From the NCBI GenBank assembly GCA_964016885.1, contig OZ024743.1:91698001-91762000 (forward strand): DNA of 64,000 nucleotides, given 5' to 3'. This document shows positions 29,068 through 41,918 of this stretch, piece by piece. The notes beneath the pieces were generated by a model, which saw nothing but the letters and a program-made list of their open reading frames with translations, had not been told where the DNA came from and ran no database searches. Source of the stretch: Eledone cirrhosa (Eukaryota). Position 1 is the first letter of the stretch. The number at the start of each line of letters is the position of its first letter. Both the position numbers and the translations under genes were made by a program.

Positions 29068-29552
29068 TATACTTATATTAGAATGTACTTATATTAGAAT
29101 ATACTTATATTAGAATGTACTTATATTAGAATGTACTTATATTAGAATATACTTATATGAGAATGTACTTATATTAGAATGTACTTATATTAGAATGTAC
29201 TTATATTAGAATGTACTTATATTAGAATGTACTTATATTAGAATGTACTTATATTAGATTATACTTATATTAGAATGTACTTATATTAGACTGTACTTAT
29301 ATTAGAATGTACTTATATTAGAATATACTTATATTAGAATGTACTTATATTAGAATGTACTTATATTAGAATATACTTATTTTAGAATGTACTTATATTA
29401 GAATGTACTTATATTAGAATATACTTATATTAGAATGTACTTATTTTAGAATGTACTTATATTAGAATGTACTTATATTAGAATGTACTTATATTAGAAT
29501 ATACTTATTTTAGAATGTACTTATATTAGAATGTACTTATATTAGAATATAC
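29068..29552. repeat. 16-bp minisatellite (acttatattagaatgt), about 30 copies
   Basis: Read directly. Confidence 0.95.
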
Positions 29553-29680
29553 ACCAAAGTTTTACATACAGATACTAAAAAGGAAATACGAAGAATCCTT
29601 AATAAAACTGATCAAACTGGAGCACAGTCGTGTTTTCAATATAACATGCTTGAAAGAAATTATATATATATATATATATA

Positions 29681-29871
29681 AGTTTATCCCGGGTTCAATC
29701 GGGGGTAACCACAGTAAGTAAGGTACTCAAAACATAACAGTGTATAAATATTTAATATAGAAATGGCTTCTACAGGACCAGAACTGTTTCATTCGGGAGA
29801 AATCATCAGGAAGCCCTGATTTCTCCCGAATGAAATAGTTCTAGTCCTGTAGAAGCCATATCTATATTAAA

Positions 29872-29875
<4 letters not shown>
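29681..29875. mobile_element. Family D fold-back element
   Basis: Inverted arms ~29748-29806 and 29817-29875; flanked by (TA)n and (TATC)n. Confidence 0.78.
29765..29815 (-). ncRNA. Type I hammerhead ribozyme (family D)
   Basis: GGCUUC-CUGAUGA-u UUC uccc GAA u-GAAA-CAG uucugguc CUG-UA-GAAGCC. 6-bp stem I; GUA site. Confidence 0.82.
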
Positions 29876-29943
<68 letters not shown>

Positions 29944-30114
29944 CATAATCGGAGAAAGCTAAAAGCGATACTCCGGCCAAATTCCAACTCACTCAACAAA
30001 CATTAGGAAATACCTGAGTATATTCCCAATTAATCGTTTGGGGTGCTAACTATGTTGTATTGTGTGGATAATTGGCTGTATTATTTCATATGAGATATAT
30101 CAAATATATCACTT

Positions 30115-30237
30115 CCCAGACGACTCGTTTCATTATAAGATTTCTACTAGTTGGGTGAAATTTTACCAAGTTATGTAGAAGCTTGTATAAGATCAACAGA
30201 TACTTATTCAAGTGGGCACTTATAAATCTTCAGTGGG
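30115..30237 (-). ncRNA. Type I hammerhead ribozyme with a long stem II insertion
   Basis: CCCA-CUGAAGA-u UUAUAAG [~80 nt] CUUAUAA u-GAAA-CGA g UCG-UC-UGGG. GUC site; lies in a ~300-nt insert between TA tracts. Confidence 0.78.
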
Positions 30238-30266
30238 TACCCAAATAACATATATATATATATATA

Positions 30267-31533
30267 CTAGCATTAAAGCCCGGCGTTGCTCGGGGTCATT
30301 AAGTTACCAAAGTTAGGTTGCACCACCCATTTTATGGCAGCACTTTTTTGTCTGCCAGGCACTGGGTGAATGAATTGCAGACCTGGAAGCAGGAGCTGCG
30401 CCAGCAGTGACAATTGTAGTTTCGCCTATGGATATTATCTCTGTGCAAAAAAGTGTTGAAATTTATTGTTTCACAGTACTTGCGCAACACGCGCGTAGAC
30501 GATGCCAGCCGAACAACAGAGCTGCGATGGAGTTGTTCTGCATGGTTGTCTGTGTGTTTTCTAAATTTAAGACAGTAGGGAGGGTTGTGATATGAGGGAG
30601 AGTTAGCTGTTGTTTCTAGCAGGTTTAGTGACCTCATAGAGGATATGTGCTTTCTAAATTTAAGACAGTAGGGAGTGGTGTGATATGGGGGAGAGTTAGC
30701 TGCTGTTTCTAGCAGGTTTAGTGACCTCATAGAAGATATGTTTTCTAAATTTAAGACAGTAGGGAGGGGTGTGGTATGGGGGAGAGTTAGCTGCTGTTTC
30801 TAGCAGGTTTAGTAACCTCATAGAGGATATTATTTATCATTATCTATAAAAGGCAGATTGTTGTTGTTGTTGTGTGTGTGCACATGTTCCATGTTTATAC
30901 ATTTGCACAATTTCAAACCGATTCGACTCAAAGTCTGTAAGAATCCACGTTCGTTGAGAGGTTTTAAAAAAAGATTTATCGCTTGTTGTTGAATAAATGG
31001 ATCTGTTGCTTTTGAATAATTGTCGTTTCGTATGAAATGTAATAATTGAGCAACTAAAAGTTAGTGTGGTTATAAATCACGCACGTTGTTTAATTGCTTT
31101 AAATGTTTTTTAGCATTTGAAGTGAGTGTGTGTTTGTATGCGTTTGTAAATAAATCAGTAAGTTTGAAGTATAACAGAGAAAGTAGCAAAATGTGTGGGT
31201 TGTGGATAGAGGTAGGCAGATGATATGAGAGAGTAAAACGGACAGTATCACCATCAAGCTTGGAAAGAGAAAGTAGCAGAAAGTATGAAGTTGTATAGAT
31301 TTTGAATGGTAGTAGAAAGAGTTTAGGAGTTTAAATGAGAGAGAAAAATCGTAAAATATTGTGTTTTATCTATTTTTTGCGTAATTGTGGGTGAAATTGA
31401 AAAAATTAGATGTGCCAAGACGCAATCGAAGCTATTTCGAATACTGAATTGTAAATTTCAATTGAAGAAATTCTATATCGTAGATTTCTATAAGAAAGGA
31501 GCATGTCCACACATTGAGCTTTATATATTATGA
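30267..31533 (-). mobile_element. Non-autonomous Helitron inserted in (TA)n
   Basis: On the minus strand: A|TCATAATATATAAAG at 31533; hairpin cccgagcaacgccggg then CTAG|T at 30267. Confidence 0.85.
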
Positions 31534-31880
31534 TATATATATATATATATATATACTTATCTTAATATTATAGTTCTGGTATGTCAAATTAATACCATTG
31601 AACAACCCTGAATCATAGATAACCTATATATTTCCAGGGGTACTTAGTACCCGTGGGCATATTAACCTCTTTTAATATTCTCCGTTATGTAGAGAACAAA
31701 TCTGTTGTTCTATTTAGCTGCTATTTTTAGTAGTGTAATAGACAACATGTCTATGTTACTTCCGCTTTTACTACGGACTGGTTCACGTACGGGTCACTTT
31801 TCGACCTCACTCGATCTGTGCTAGCTGGCAGATGGCAATATATTTTGCCGTTCCTGGGACTTTAGCCCTAGGAAAGGAAA

Positions 31881-31967
31881 ATGCTTCTCTGATGAACTTT
31901 GCTTTTCCATTAGAAATCCATTGGATTTCTCATGTTTTACAAAGGGAAACCGATCGGTAAGGGCCAT
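31881..31967 (+). ncRNA. Type I hammerhead ribozyme
   Basis: AUGCUUCU-CUGAUGA-a CUUUG..CAU.AGAAAUCCA u UGGAUUUCU.AUG..CAAAG g-GAAA-CCGAUCGG-UA-AGGGCCAU. Palindromic stem III; cut after 31959; (TA)n about 80 nt downstream. Confidence 0.82.
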
Positions 31968-32044
31968 TAGAATGGGTAAATATTTGAATTATATTTTTTA
32001 ATTTATTTTAAAAAATTGGTTAAATTTGCTTGTTCTGCTTATCT

Positions 32045-32095
<51 letters not shown>

Positions 32096-32219
32096 CACTG
32101 ACAAAGGAACGCTGTACTAGTTAATATGCATAAGGAAAGTATATACGTTGGTGGTGGTGGTGGTGGCGTTGGTGGTGGTAGTGGCGTGTCTATGGTGGTG
32201 GTGGTGGCGTGTCTATGGT

Positions 32220-33440
32220 GGTGTATCTGTGTCGTGGTGAGTCTGTGTAGAAGTGTGTGTGTGTGTAATGGTGTGTCTGTCTAGAGGTGTGTGTGTAATG
32301 GTGTGTCTGTGTAGAGGTGTGTGTGTGTAATGGTGTGTCTGTGTAGAAGTGTGTGTGTAATGGTGTGTCTGTGTAGAAGTGTGTGTGTAATGGTGTGTCT
32401 GTGTAGAAGTGTGTGTGTGTGTAATGGTGTGTCTGTGTCGATGTGTGTGTGTAATGGTGTGTCTGTGTAGAGGTGTGTGTGTGTGTAATGGTGTGTCTGT
32501 CTAGAGGTGTGTGTGTAATGGTGTGTCTGTGTAGAGGTGTCTGTGTAGAGGTGTGTCTGTGTAGAGGTGTGTGTGTAATGGTGTGTCTGTGTAGAGGTGT
32601 GTATGTGTAATGGTGTGTCTGTGTAGAGGTGTGTGTGTGTAATGGTGTGTCTGTGTAGAAGTGTGTGTGTGTGATGGTGTGTCTGTGTAGAAGTGTGTGT
32701 GTGTGTAATGGTGTGTCTGTGTAGATGTGTGTGTGTAATGGTGTGTCTGTGTAGAGGTGTGTATGTGTAATGGTGTGTCTGTGTAGAAGTGTGTGTGTGT
32801 GTAATGGTGTGTCTGTGTAGAAGTGTGTGTGTGTGTAATGGTGTGTCTGTGTAGATGTGACTGTGTGTAATGGTGTGTCTGTGTAGAAGTGTGTGTGTAA
32901 TGGTGTGTCTGTGTAGAGGTGTGTGTGTAATGGTGTGTCTGTGTAGAGGTGTGTATGTGTAATGGTGTGTCTGTGTAGAAGTGTGTGTGTGTATAATGGT
33001 GTGTCTGTGTAGATGTGTCTGTGTGTAATGGTGTGTCTGTGTAGAAGTGTGTGTGTAATGGTGTGTCTGTGTAGAGGTGTGTGTGTAATGGTGTGTCTGT
33101 GTAGAGGTGTGTCTGTGTAATGGTGTGTCTGTGTAGAGGTGTGTGTGTGTAATGGTGTGTCTGTGTAGAAGTGTGTGTGTGTGTAATGGTGTGTCTGTGT
33201 AGATGTGTGTGTGTAATGGTGTGTCTGTGTAGAGGTGTGTGTGTGTAAAGTGTGTCTGTGTAGAGGTGTGTGTGTAATGGTGTGTCTGTGTAGAGGTGTG
33301 TGTGTGTGTAATGGTGTGTCTGTGTAGAGGTGTGTGTAATGGTGTGTCTGTGTAGAGGTGTGTGTGTAATGGTGTGTCTGTGTAGAGGTGTGTGTGTGTG
33401 TAATGGTGTGTCTGTGTAGAGGTGTGTGTGTGTAATAGTG
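32220..33440. repeat. ~30-bp GT-rich minisatellite (gtaatggtgtgtctgtgtagaggtgtgt)
   Basis: Read directly. Confidence 0.95.
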
Positions 33441-36400
33441 TGTATGTAGAGGGGTGTATGTAGAGGTGTGTATGTAGTGGTGTGTATGTAGAGGTGTGTA
33501 TGTAGTGGTATGTATGTAGAGGTGTGTATGTAGAGGTATGTATGTAGAGGTGTGTATGTAGTTGTGTGTATGTAGAGGTGTGTATGTAGAGGTGTGTAAG
33601 TAGAGGTGTGTATGTAGAGGTATGTATGTAGAGGTGTGTATGTAGTGGTGTGTATGTAGAGGTGTGTATGTAGGGGTATGTATGTAGTGGTGTGTATGTA
33701 GAGGTGTGTATGTAGTGGTGCGTATGTAGAGGTGTGTATGTAGAGGTGTGTATGTAGAGGTGTGGATGTAGTGCTATGTATGTAGAGGTGTGTATGTAGT
33801 GGTGTGTACATAGAGGGGTGTATGTAGTGGTATGTATGTAGTGGTATCTATGTAGTGGTGTGTATGTAGAGGTATGTATGTAGTGGTGTGTATGTAGTGG
33901 TGTGTATGTAGTGGTGTGTATGTAGTGGTTTGTATGTAGTGGTTTGTATGTAGAGGTGTGTATGTAGTGGTATGTATGTAGAGGTATGTATGTAGTGGTA
34001 TGTATGTAGAGGTGTGTATGTAGAGGTGTTGATGTAGTGGTATGTATGTAGAGGTGTGTATGTAGTGGTGTGTATGTAGTGGTTTGTATGTAGAGGTGTG
34101 TATGTAGTGGTATGTATGTAGAGGTATGTATGTAGTGGTATGTATGTAGAGGTGTGTATGTAGTGGTGTGTATGTAGTGGTGTGTATGTAGAGGTGTGGA
34201 TGTAGTGGTATGTATGTAGTGGTGTGTATGTAGTGGTGTGTATGTAGTGGTTTGTATGTAGTGGTTTGTATGTAGAGGTGTGTATGTAGTGGTATGTATG
34301 TAGAGGTATGTATGTAGTGGTATGTATGTAGAGGTGTGTATGTAGAGGTGTGGATGTAGTGGTATGTATGTAGTGGTGTGTATGTAGTGGTGTGTATGTA
34401 GAGGTGTGTATGTAGTGGTATGTAGAGATATGTATGTAGAGATATGTATGTAGTGGTGTGTATGTAGTGGTGTGTATGTAGAGGTGTGTATGTAGTGGTG
34501 TGTATGTAGAGGTGTGTATGTAGAGGTGTGTATGTAGTGGTGTGTATGAAGTGTTATGCATGTAGTGGTATGTATGTAGAGGTATGTATGTAGAGATGTG
34601 TATGTAGTGGTGTGTATGTAGAGGTATGTATGTAGTGGTATGTATGTAGAGGTGTGTATGTAGAGGTGTGTATGAAGTGGTGTGTATGTAGAGGTATGTA
34701 TGTAGAGGTGTGTATGTAGTGGTATGTATGTAGAGGTATGTATGTAGAGGTATGTATGTAGAGATGTGTATGTAGTGGTGTGTATGTAGAGGTATTATGT
34801 AGTGGTGTGTAAATAGAGGTGTGTATGTAGAGGTGTGGATGTAGTGGTATGTATGTAGTGGTGTGTATGTAGAGGTGTGTATGCAGAGGTATGTATGTAG
34901 AGGTATGTATGTAGTGGTGTGTATGTAGTGGTGTGTATGTAGAGGTGTGTATGTAGTGGTGTGTATGTAGAGGTGTGTATGTAGTGGTGTGTATGTAGAG
35001 GTGTGTATGCAGAGGTATGTATGTAGAGGTGTGTATGTAGTGGTGCGTATGTAGAGGTATGTATGTAGTGGTATGTATGTAGTGGTATGTATGTAGAGGT
35101 ATGTATGAAGTGGTGTGTATGTAGTGGTGTGTATGTAGAGGTGTGTATGTAGTGGTATGTATGTAGAGGTATTATGTAGTGGTGTGTAAATAGAGGTGTG
35201 TATGGAGAGGTGTGTATGTAGTGGTATGTATGTAGTGGTGTGTATGTAGAGGTGTGTATGCAGAGGTATGTATGTAGAGGTATGTATGTAGAGGTATGTA
35301 TGTAGTGGTGTGTATGTAGTGGTGTGTATGTAGTGGTGTGTATGTAGTGGTGTGTATGTAGAGGTATGTATGTAGTGGTGTGTATGTAGAGGTGTGTATG
35401 CAGAGGTATGTATGTAGAGGTATGTATGTAGTGGTGTGTATGTAGTGGTGTGTATGTAGTGATTTGTATGTAGTGGTTTGTATGTAGAAGTGTGTATGTA
35501 GTGGTATGTATGTAGAGGTATGTATGTAGTGGTATGTATGTAGAGGTGTGTATGTAGAGGTGTGGATGTAGTGGTATGTATGTAGTGGTGTGTATGTAGT
35601 GGTGTGTATGTAGAGGTGTGTATGTAGTGGTATGTATGTAGAGATATGTATGTAGAGGTATGTATGTAGTCGTGGGTATGTAGTGGTGTGTATGTAGAGG
35701 TGTGTATGTAGTGGTGTGTATGTAGAGGTGTGTATGTAGAGGTGTGTATGTAGTGGTGTGTATGAAGTGTTATGTATGTAGTGGTATGTATGTAGAGGTA
35801 TGTATGTAGAGATGTGTATGTAGTGGTGTGTATGTAGAGGTATGTATGTAGTGGTATGTATGTAGAGGTGTGTATGTAGAGGTGTGTATGAAGTGGTGTG
35901 TATGTAGAGGTATGTATGTAGAGGTGTGTATGTAGTGGTATGTATGTAGAGGTGTGTATGTAGAGGTGTGTATGTAGAGGTGTGTATGTAGTGCTGTGTA
36001 TGTAGAGGTATGTATGTAGAGGTATGTATGTAGAGATGTGTATGTAGTGGTGCGTATGTAGAGGTATGTATGTAGTGGTATGTATGTAGTGGTATGTATG
36101 TATGTAGAGGTATGTATGAAGTGGTGTGTATGTAGTGGTGTGTATGTAGAGGTGTGTATGTAGTTGTATGTATGTAGAGGTATTATGTAGTGGTGTGTAA
36201 ATAGAGGTGTGTATGTAGAGGTGTGGATGTAGTGGTATGTATGTAGTGGTGTGTATGTAGAGGTGTGTATGCAGAGGTATGTATGTAGAGGTATGTATGT
36301 AGTGGTGTGTATGTAGTGGTGTGTATGTAGAGGTGTGTATGTAGTGGTGTGTATGTAGAGGTGTGTATGTAGTGGTGTGTATGTAGAGGTGTGTATGCAG

Positions 36401-37420
36401 AGGTATGTATGTAGAGGTATGTATGTAGTGGTGTGTATGTAGTGGTGTGTATGTAGAGGTGTGTATGTAGTGGTGTGTATGTAGAGGTGTGTATGTAGTG
36501 GTGTGTATGTAGAGGTGTGTATGTAGTGGTTTGTATGTAGAGGTATGTATGTAGTGGTTTGTATGTAGTGGTATGTATGTAGTGGTGTGTATGTAGAGGT
36601 GTGTATGTAGTGGTATGTATGTAGTGGTGTGTATGTAGAGGTATGTATATAGTGGTGTGTATGTAGAGGTGTGTATGTAGAGGTGTGTATGTAGTGGTAT
36701 GTATGTAGTGGTGTGTATGTAGTGGTGTGTATGTAGTGGTATGTATGTAGAGGTGTGTATGTAGAGGTATGTATGTAGAGGTGTGTATGTAGTGGTATGT
36801 ATGTAGAGGTGTGTATGTAGTGGTGTGTATGTAGTGGTATGTATGTAGAGGTGTGTATGTAGAGGTGTGTATGTAGAGGTGTGTATGTAGTGGTGTGTAT
36901 GTAGTAGTGTGTATGTAGTGGTATGTATGTAGTGGTGTGTATGTAGTGGTGTGTATGTAGTAGTGTGTATGTAGTGGTGTGTTTGTAGAGGTATGTATGT
37001 AGTGGTCTGTATGTAGAGGTATGTATGTAGAGGTGTGTATGTAGAGGTGTGTATGTAGAGGTATGTATGTAGAGGTGTGTATGTAATGATGTATATGTAG
37101 AGGTGTGTATGTTAAGGTGTGTATGTAGAGGTGTGTATGTAATGATGTATATGTAGAGGTGTGTATGTAGTGGTGTGTATGTAGAGGTGTGTATGTAGTG
37201 GTGTGTATGTAGAGGTGTGTATGTAGAGGTGTGTATGTAGTGGTGTGTATGTAGAGGTGTGTATGTAGAGGTATGTATGTAGAGGTATGTATGTAGAGGT
37301 ATGTATGTAGTGGTGTGTATGTAGTGGTGTGTATGTAGAGGTATGTATGTAGATGTGTGTATGTAGTGGTGTGTATGTAGAGGTGTGTATGTAATGATGT
37401 ATATGTAGTAGTGTATCTGT
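33441..37420. repeat. 14-bp satellite (gtag[a/t]ggt[g/a]tgtat), about 4 kb
   Basis: Read directly; it explains the spurious YTPLHTHLYIHTST ORFs. Confidence 0.97.
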
Positions 37421-37791
37421 GTAGAGGCGTGCCGTGTGGTATGTGGTTTGGCGCATGTGTGAATGAAAGAGGTCGCAGCGTTCCTCAGAAATCGAAGCAG
37501 AACAAACCATTTCATTTCTGTTTAGTTAGAAATGTCTTTTATCTGTTATATATGAGACCACGTGATATAAATTAAAATTCCCGGTAACAATAACCAATGA
37601 CAAATGGCATCCATCTTAAAGAAAGAAATCTCTGCCAATGATATTGAAATTATTAATCAATAATTATCGTTAATAATATTCACTCAGAAAGAATTAAAAA
37701 TTAAAGAAATAAAATATTTATTTTTGATTTTTATTTTCGTTCTTTCTTTATTTACGCAATCTTTGTCTACCACTACCATGAGTTTCTGTTG

Positions 37792-37929
<138 letters not shown>

Positions 37930-38021
37930 GTAATAATAAATACAAAGACCAAAATCAAAAGATTTATATATATGTGTGTGTGTGTGTGTATGTGTGTGTA
38001 TGTGTGTGTGTGTCTGTGTGT

Positions 38022-38058
<37 letters not shown>

Positions 38059-38063
38059 AGTAT

Positions 38064-38124
<61 letters not shown>

Positions 38125-38462
38125 TGTGTGTGTATGTGTGTGTGTGTGAATAAAAAGAGAGTCTACGGAACTAGATAAATAGATGAGTTACACTGACAGA
38201 CAGACAGACTGACAGACAGAGAGACAGAGAGACAGACAAATTTCTGTTTATTTGCCACTAGGGCACAAAAGAAAGGGACATGTACATGGGTGGGGGGAGT
38301 TTACATAAAAATCGAGTAAGAAAAATATAACAAACAAAATAGTAACAAGAAGGTCCTCAATAGGGAGGGATCGTTTTGGGGTCACACACACCCCCGAAAA
38401 AAAGTGTGCGACCCTTCTCCACGGGAGCACAAAGAGAGGGTGCTCCCTTCTTCCTGTTCCAC

Positions 38463-41400
38463 CTACAGGCTGAAGTAGAGAGAAGGCCCATTCACACAGG
38501 CCATTCTCGCAACTTTCACCCACCTTTCATAAAACTGGCTGGAGTGGGTCACCTCTCTCTCCATCCTGATCCTTCTTCCGAAATGGTATCGGAAGAAAAG
38601 GACCAGTTGTTGGCCGGAGAGAAAGGTGTCCGACCTCAGCCCTTTCAGACGCGTCCACCATATAGCCTCTTTTACCATGGCTATTACACAGAGGAAGACC
38701 GCCTCTCCTTCATTTTTGAAGGGGGGAGGCGGCTTGATCGTTACAATGGATTCGGTGGTCAACCTAATTGGTCCCACCCGTGACTGCAGTTGTTCGACAT
38801 AGCCCCACAGATCGGCAACGCCCGGGCAGTGCACCAATGCGTGCGCGACGGTTTCCTCGCCGCGCACGCATCTGGGACAGATCTTTTTCGAGGGGTCCCT
38901 ACCCGGGCGCCCGTGTCTGTAGAGCTTATCCCGAACGGGCAGAGCCCCTCGGTAGCACTGCCAGGCCAAGGACTTCTGGAAGTTGTCCATAGGTCCCGGG
39001 CCGAAAGTCCTACCGAATAGACTGGCCAGTTCGTCCTCCATGCCTAGGGTTTCTCCGAGGGCGTCGTCGCACCCGCTAACCACCAGCCCTCTATAGAATG
39101 ACGAGGTGGAGTCTCCGTCGATAGCCGGGTCCGCCTGCCAGAGAGCCGTGAGCGCCTGGGCACACTCGGTGTGCCAGTCGCCCAGTTTTCTCGGTCTTTG
39201 CTTCACCCAGGACTGCAGCTCGGTGAGCGAGACGAGCCTCGGGAAGGCTCGCCTCACAAACGGCGCCCACACCGGTTGACCGGTGAGGAATACGTGGAGG
39301 TGCCTTAGCCTCAATGCGTGTTTACGCATTTTTAGCCACGGCATCCCCAGCCCTCCTTTCAAAGGGTGTTGACAGCAGATGGATCTCCTCACCAGAGGAG
39401 ACCTCTTCTTCCAAAGGAAATAAAAGAGGGCGCGCTCCATTTTGGCGAGGATCTCACCCGGGCAAGGCACGACAGTCAAGCGGTAATAGATGACGGACGC
39501 TATGTAAGCGTTCGCCACCTCCGCCCGACCTTTCAGGGATAGTTTGCACTCGGCCCATTTCTGGGTCAGTGCAAACACCCTATACGTCACCTCACCCCAG
39601 TTTTTCTCCACCTGGAGGTCCGGTCCGAACCAGACCCCAAGCAACTTCACCGGGCCCTCCGTCCACCGTCCGACGATACCGTCGCACGACATCGCTTTGC
39701 CCCTCCACTCGCCGAGTTGCAAAGCGACTGACTTGTCCCGGTTCAGCTTAGCCCCTGTCAACCTTTCGTACTCCTCCAGTAAGGTGCCGATTGCCTCGAT
39801 TTCCGAGGTGGTCGACACCATTACTGTTACGTCATCGGCGTAGGCCGACACCGCTTTGCGCAATCCCGGTTCCAAAGGGATGCCCTGCAACAACTCCAAC
39901 TTCCGCAGTAGTGGCTCGAGAGCCAATACATACAGAAGGGAGGAGAGAGGGCACCCCTGTCGGATGGAGCGGGTGATTTCGAACGGCTCCGAAAGGCAGC
40001 CGGTCACCTTGACTCTAGAGCAGATGCAGCTGCTGTGCATGGCAGTGATCCAGCCCCTGAAAACGGGTCCGAACCCAGCCGCCGCTAGCACCGCATCCAG
40101 GTAACCATGGTCCACCCTATCGAACGCTTTAGACTGATCTAAATTTATCAGGGCCCCACCAAAGCCGGGTTCGTTCCCAACCCTCTCTATGATGTATCGC
40201 ATGAGGTGGAGGTTGTCGTGGATGGACCTGGACGGGATAGCGCATGTCTGCGCATCTCCCACCAGGTTGCCCACGACAAGCGCCAACCTCTTCGCTAACA
40301 CCTTGGCCAAAATCTTTAACTCTGCATTTAGCAGAGTTATGGGCCTAAAATTACTAATGTCATCCCCCTTGTTCTCGTCCTTCCTCACTAGCGAGACTAC
40401 GCCCTTGGTCACAGAACAGGGAATTCTACCGTTCTGTTGCCAGTTGCAGTAGACCGCCTCGGGGAGATCGGGGAACAAGTCCGGCATATTAATATATAGT
40501 TCGTAGGGCAGACCATCGAGCCCTGGAGATTTGCGTTTGCCGCATAGGCTCAGCACGTCCCCTATTTCAGCAGCTGAGATCGGCCCGTCGCAGGATCTCG
40601 CCTCCTTGTCCGAAAGACGCGGCAGGCCGTCGAGGTATGGACCGAAATCCACATCCCCAACCGGCCCCCCGCCCCTCCCGAACAATCGGGCAAAGTGCCT
40701 TTGAAAGGCCTCGCACATTTGCTTAGGTTCAATGATCAACCGTCCATCCTGGTCTCGCAAAGACCGGATAGTGGATTTAATCCCACTTTTCGCTTCTGTC
40801 ACGCGGGCCCAGCTAACAGCTTTGGTCCCCTCGTTTCCCAGAGCACGTATTTTGCTTCGGACAACGCAGCCTTCGTGTTTCGCGTCGAAGAACTGGTTCA
40901 AGACCGTTCTCGACGCTTGCACTCTGGCCACGTTGCCGCTTCTCATTGCCTCTTCAACATTAACTACCAACTCCCTTTCCTTCCTATTTCTATCTGAGGC
41001 TAACTCCTTACTAACTCCTATTGAAACTACTCTAATCTCTCTTTTTAGAGAGCCCCACCACCTGTTGTTGACGATGGCGCCCGTCAACTGCTCCTTAACT
41101 AAGGTTCTAATCCGGTCCCTGTAAGCTCTACTTGCCGGTAAGGACAAGTTGAGCTTCCAGTAACCGGGCCCCTGCCTATGCGTTCTATCAAGGTGGACTA
41201 CGCAGGTCACTAACTTGTGGTCTGAATAGCCCACCATGAGCATTTCTGGACAACTTAAAAAGTCCCTATCCTTAATTCTAACTAAGAACCTATCTAGCTA
41301 CGATCTAGATTGACCACTGTTATTTGACCAAGTCCAGGTTGGCACAGTCGGAAAATCTAGTCGGTATCTATCGGCCAGGTCAAATCGGCCGATTAACCCC

Positions 41401-41895
41401 TTAAGGCTGTTACACCACCCTCTATCGGGACATGCCCCTACATAGTCCCAACGTGCATCTAGGATACCATTCCAGTCCCCCACTAAAAGCAAGGAGCGGG
41501 ACGTCCCTAGAAAAGTCTCCAGACGGTGGAAGAAGTCCGACCGCATTGCCCCAAAAGGGGCGCATACGGCGACCAGCCTAAAAGCTTCGCCTTCACCATT
41601 GCCAAGGTCCAGAACCACGAGTCGACCCTCCGGGTCCAAGTGTACCGTCTGTGTAGCGAGACCCAGATGTTTTTGCAGCAGAACGACAACCCCACCCCCA
41701 CCTCCGGGCTGACAGAGATGCGTGCATCTCAAAGTCATCAAAGGTGGGGGTTAGCTGTCGCATGCTGCTGATCCGGGCCTCGCGAATAACCATCACATTT
41801 ATACATTGTGACCTGAGGTCACTTAGAAGTTTAGCTTGATTCCAAGGTGAGCCCAGGCCACGCGCATTTAAACAACCTACTCTTAACACAGCCAT
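38463..41895 (-). pseudogene. LINE ORF2 (APE endonuclease + RT + Cys domain), disrupted in the EN region
   Basis: GCLNARGL, VGDWN, SDHKLV, GYWKLN, SPGLDG, FRPITLLN, LDQSKAFDRV, RQGCPLS, AYADDV, CPRC...ETVAHALVHC. The 926-aa RT part (38463-41243) is uninterrupted. Confidence 0.93.
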
Positions 41896-41918
41896 GTTGG
41901 TGGTAAAGAAAGAGGCAC

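Noticed and set aside
37420-37700. Host exon or enhancer in unique sequence (also 13780-14060, 15630-15810, 44720-44950)
   Set aside because: No recognisable protein motif or convincing splice-bounded frame; cross-species conservation data would be needed.
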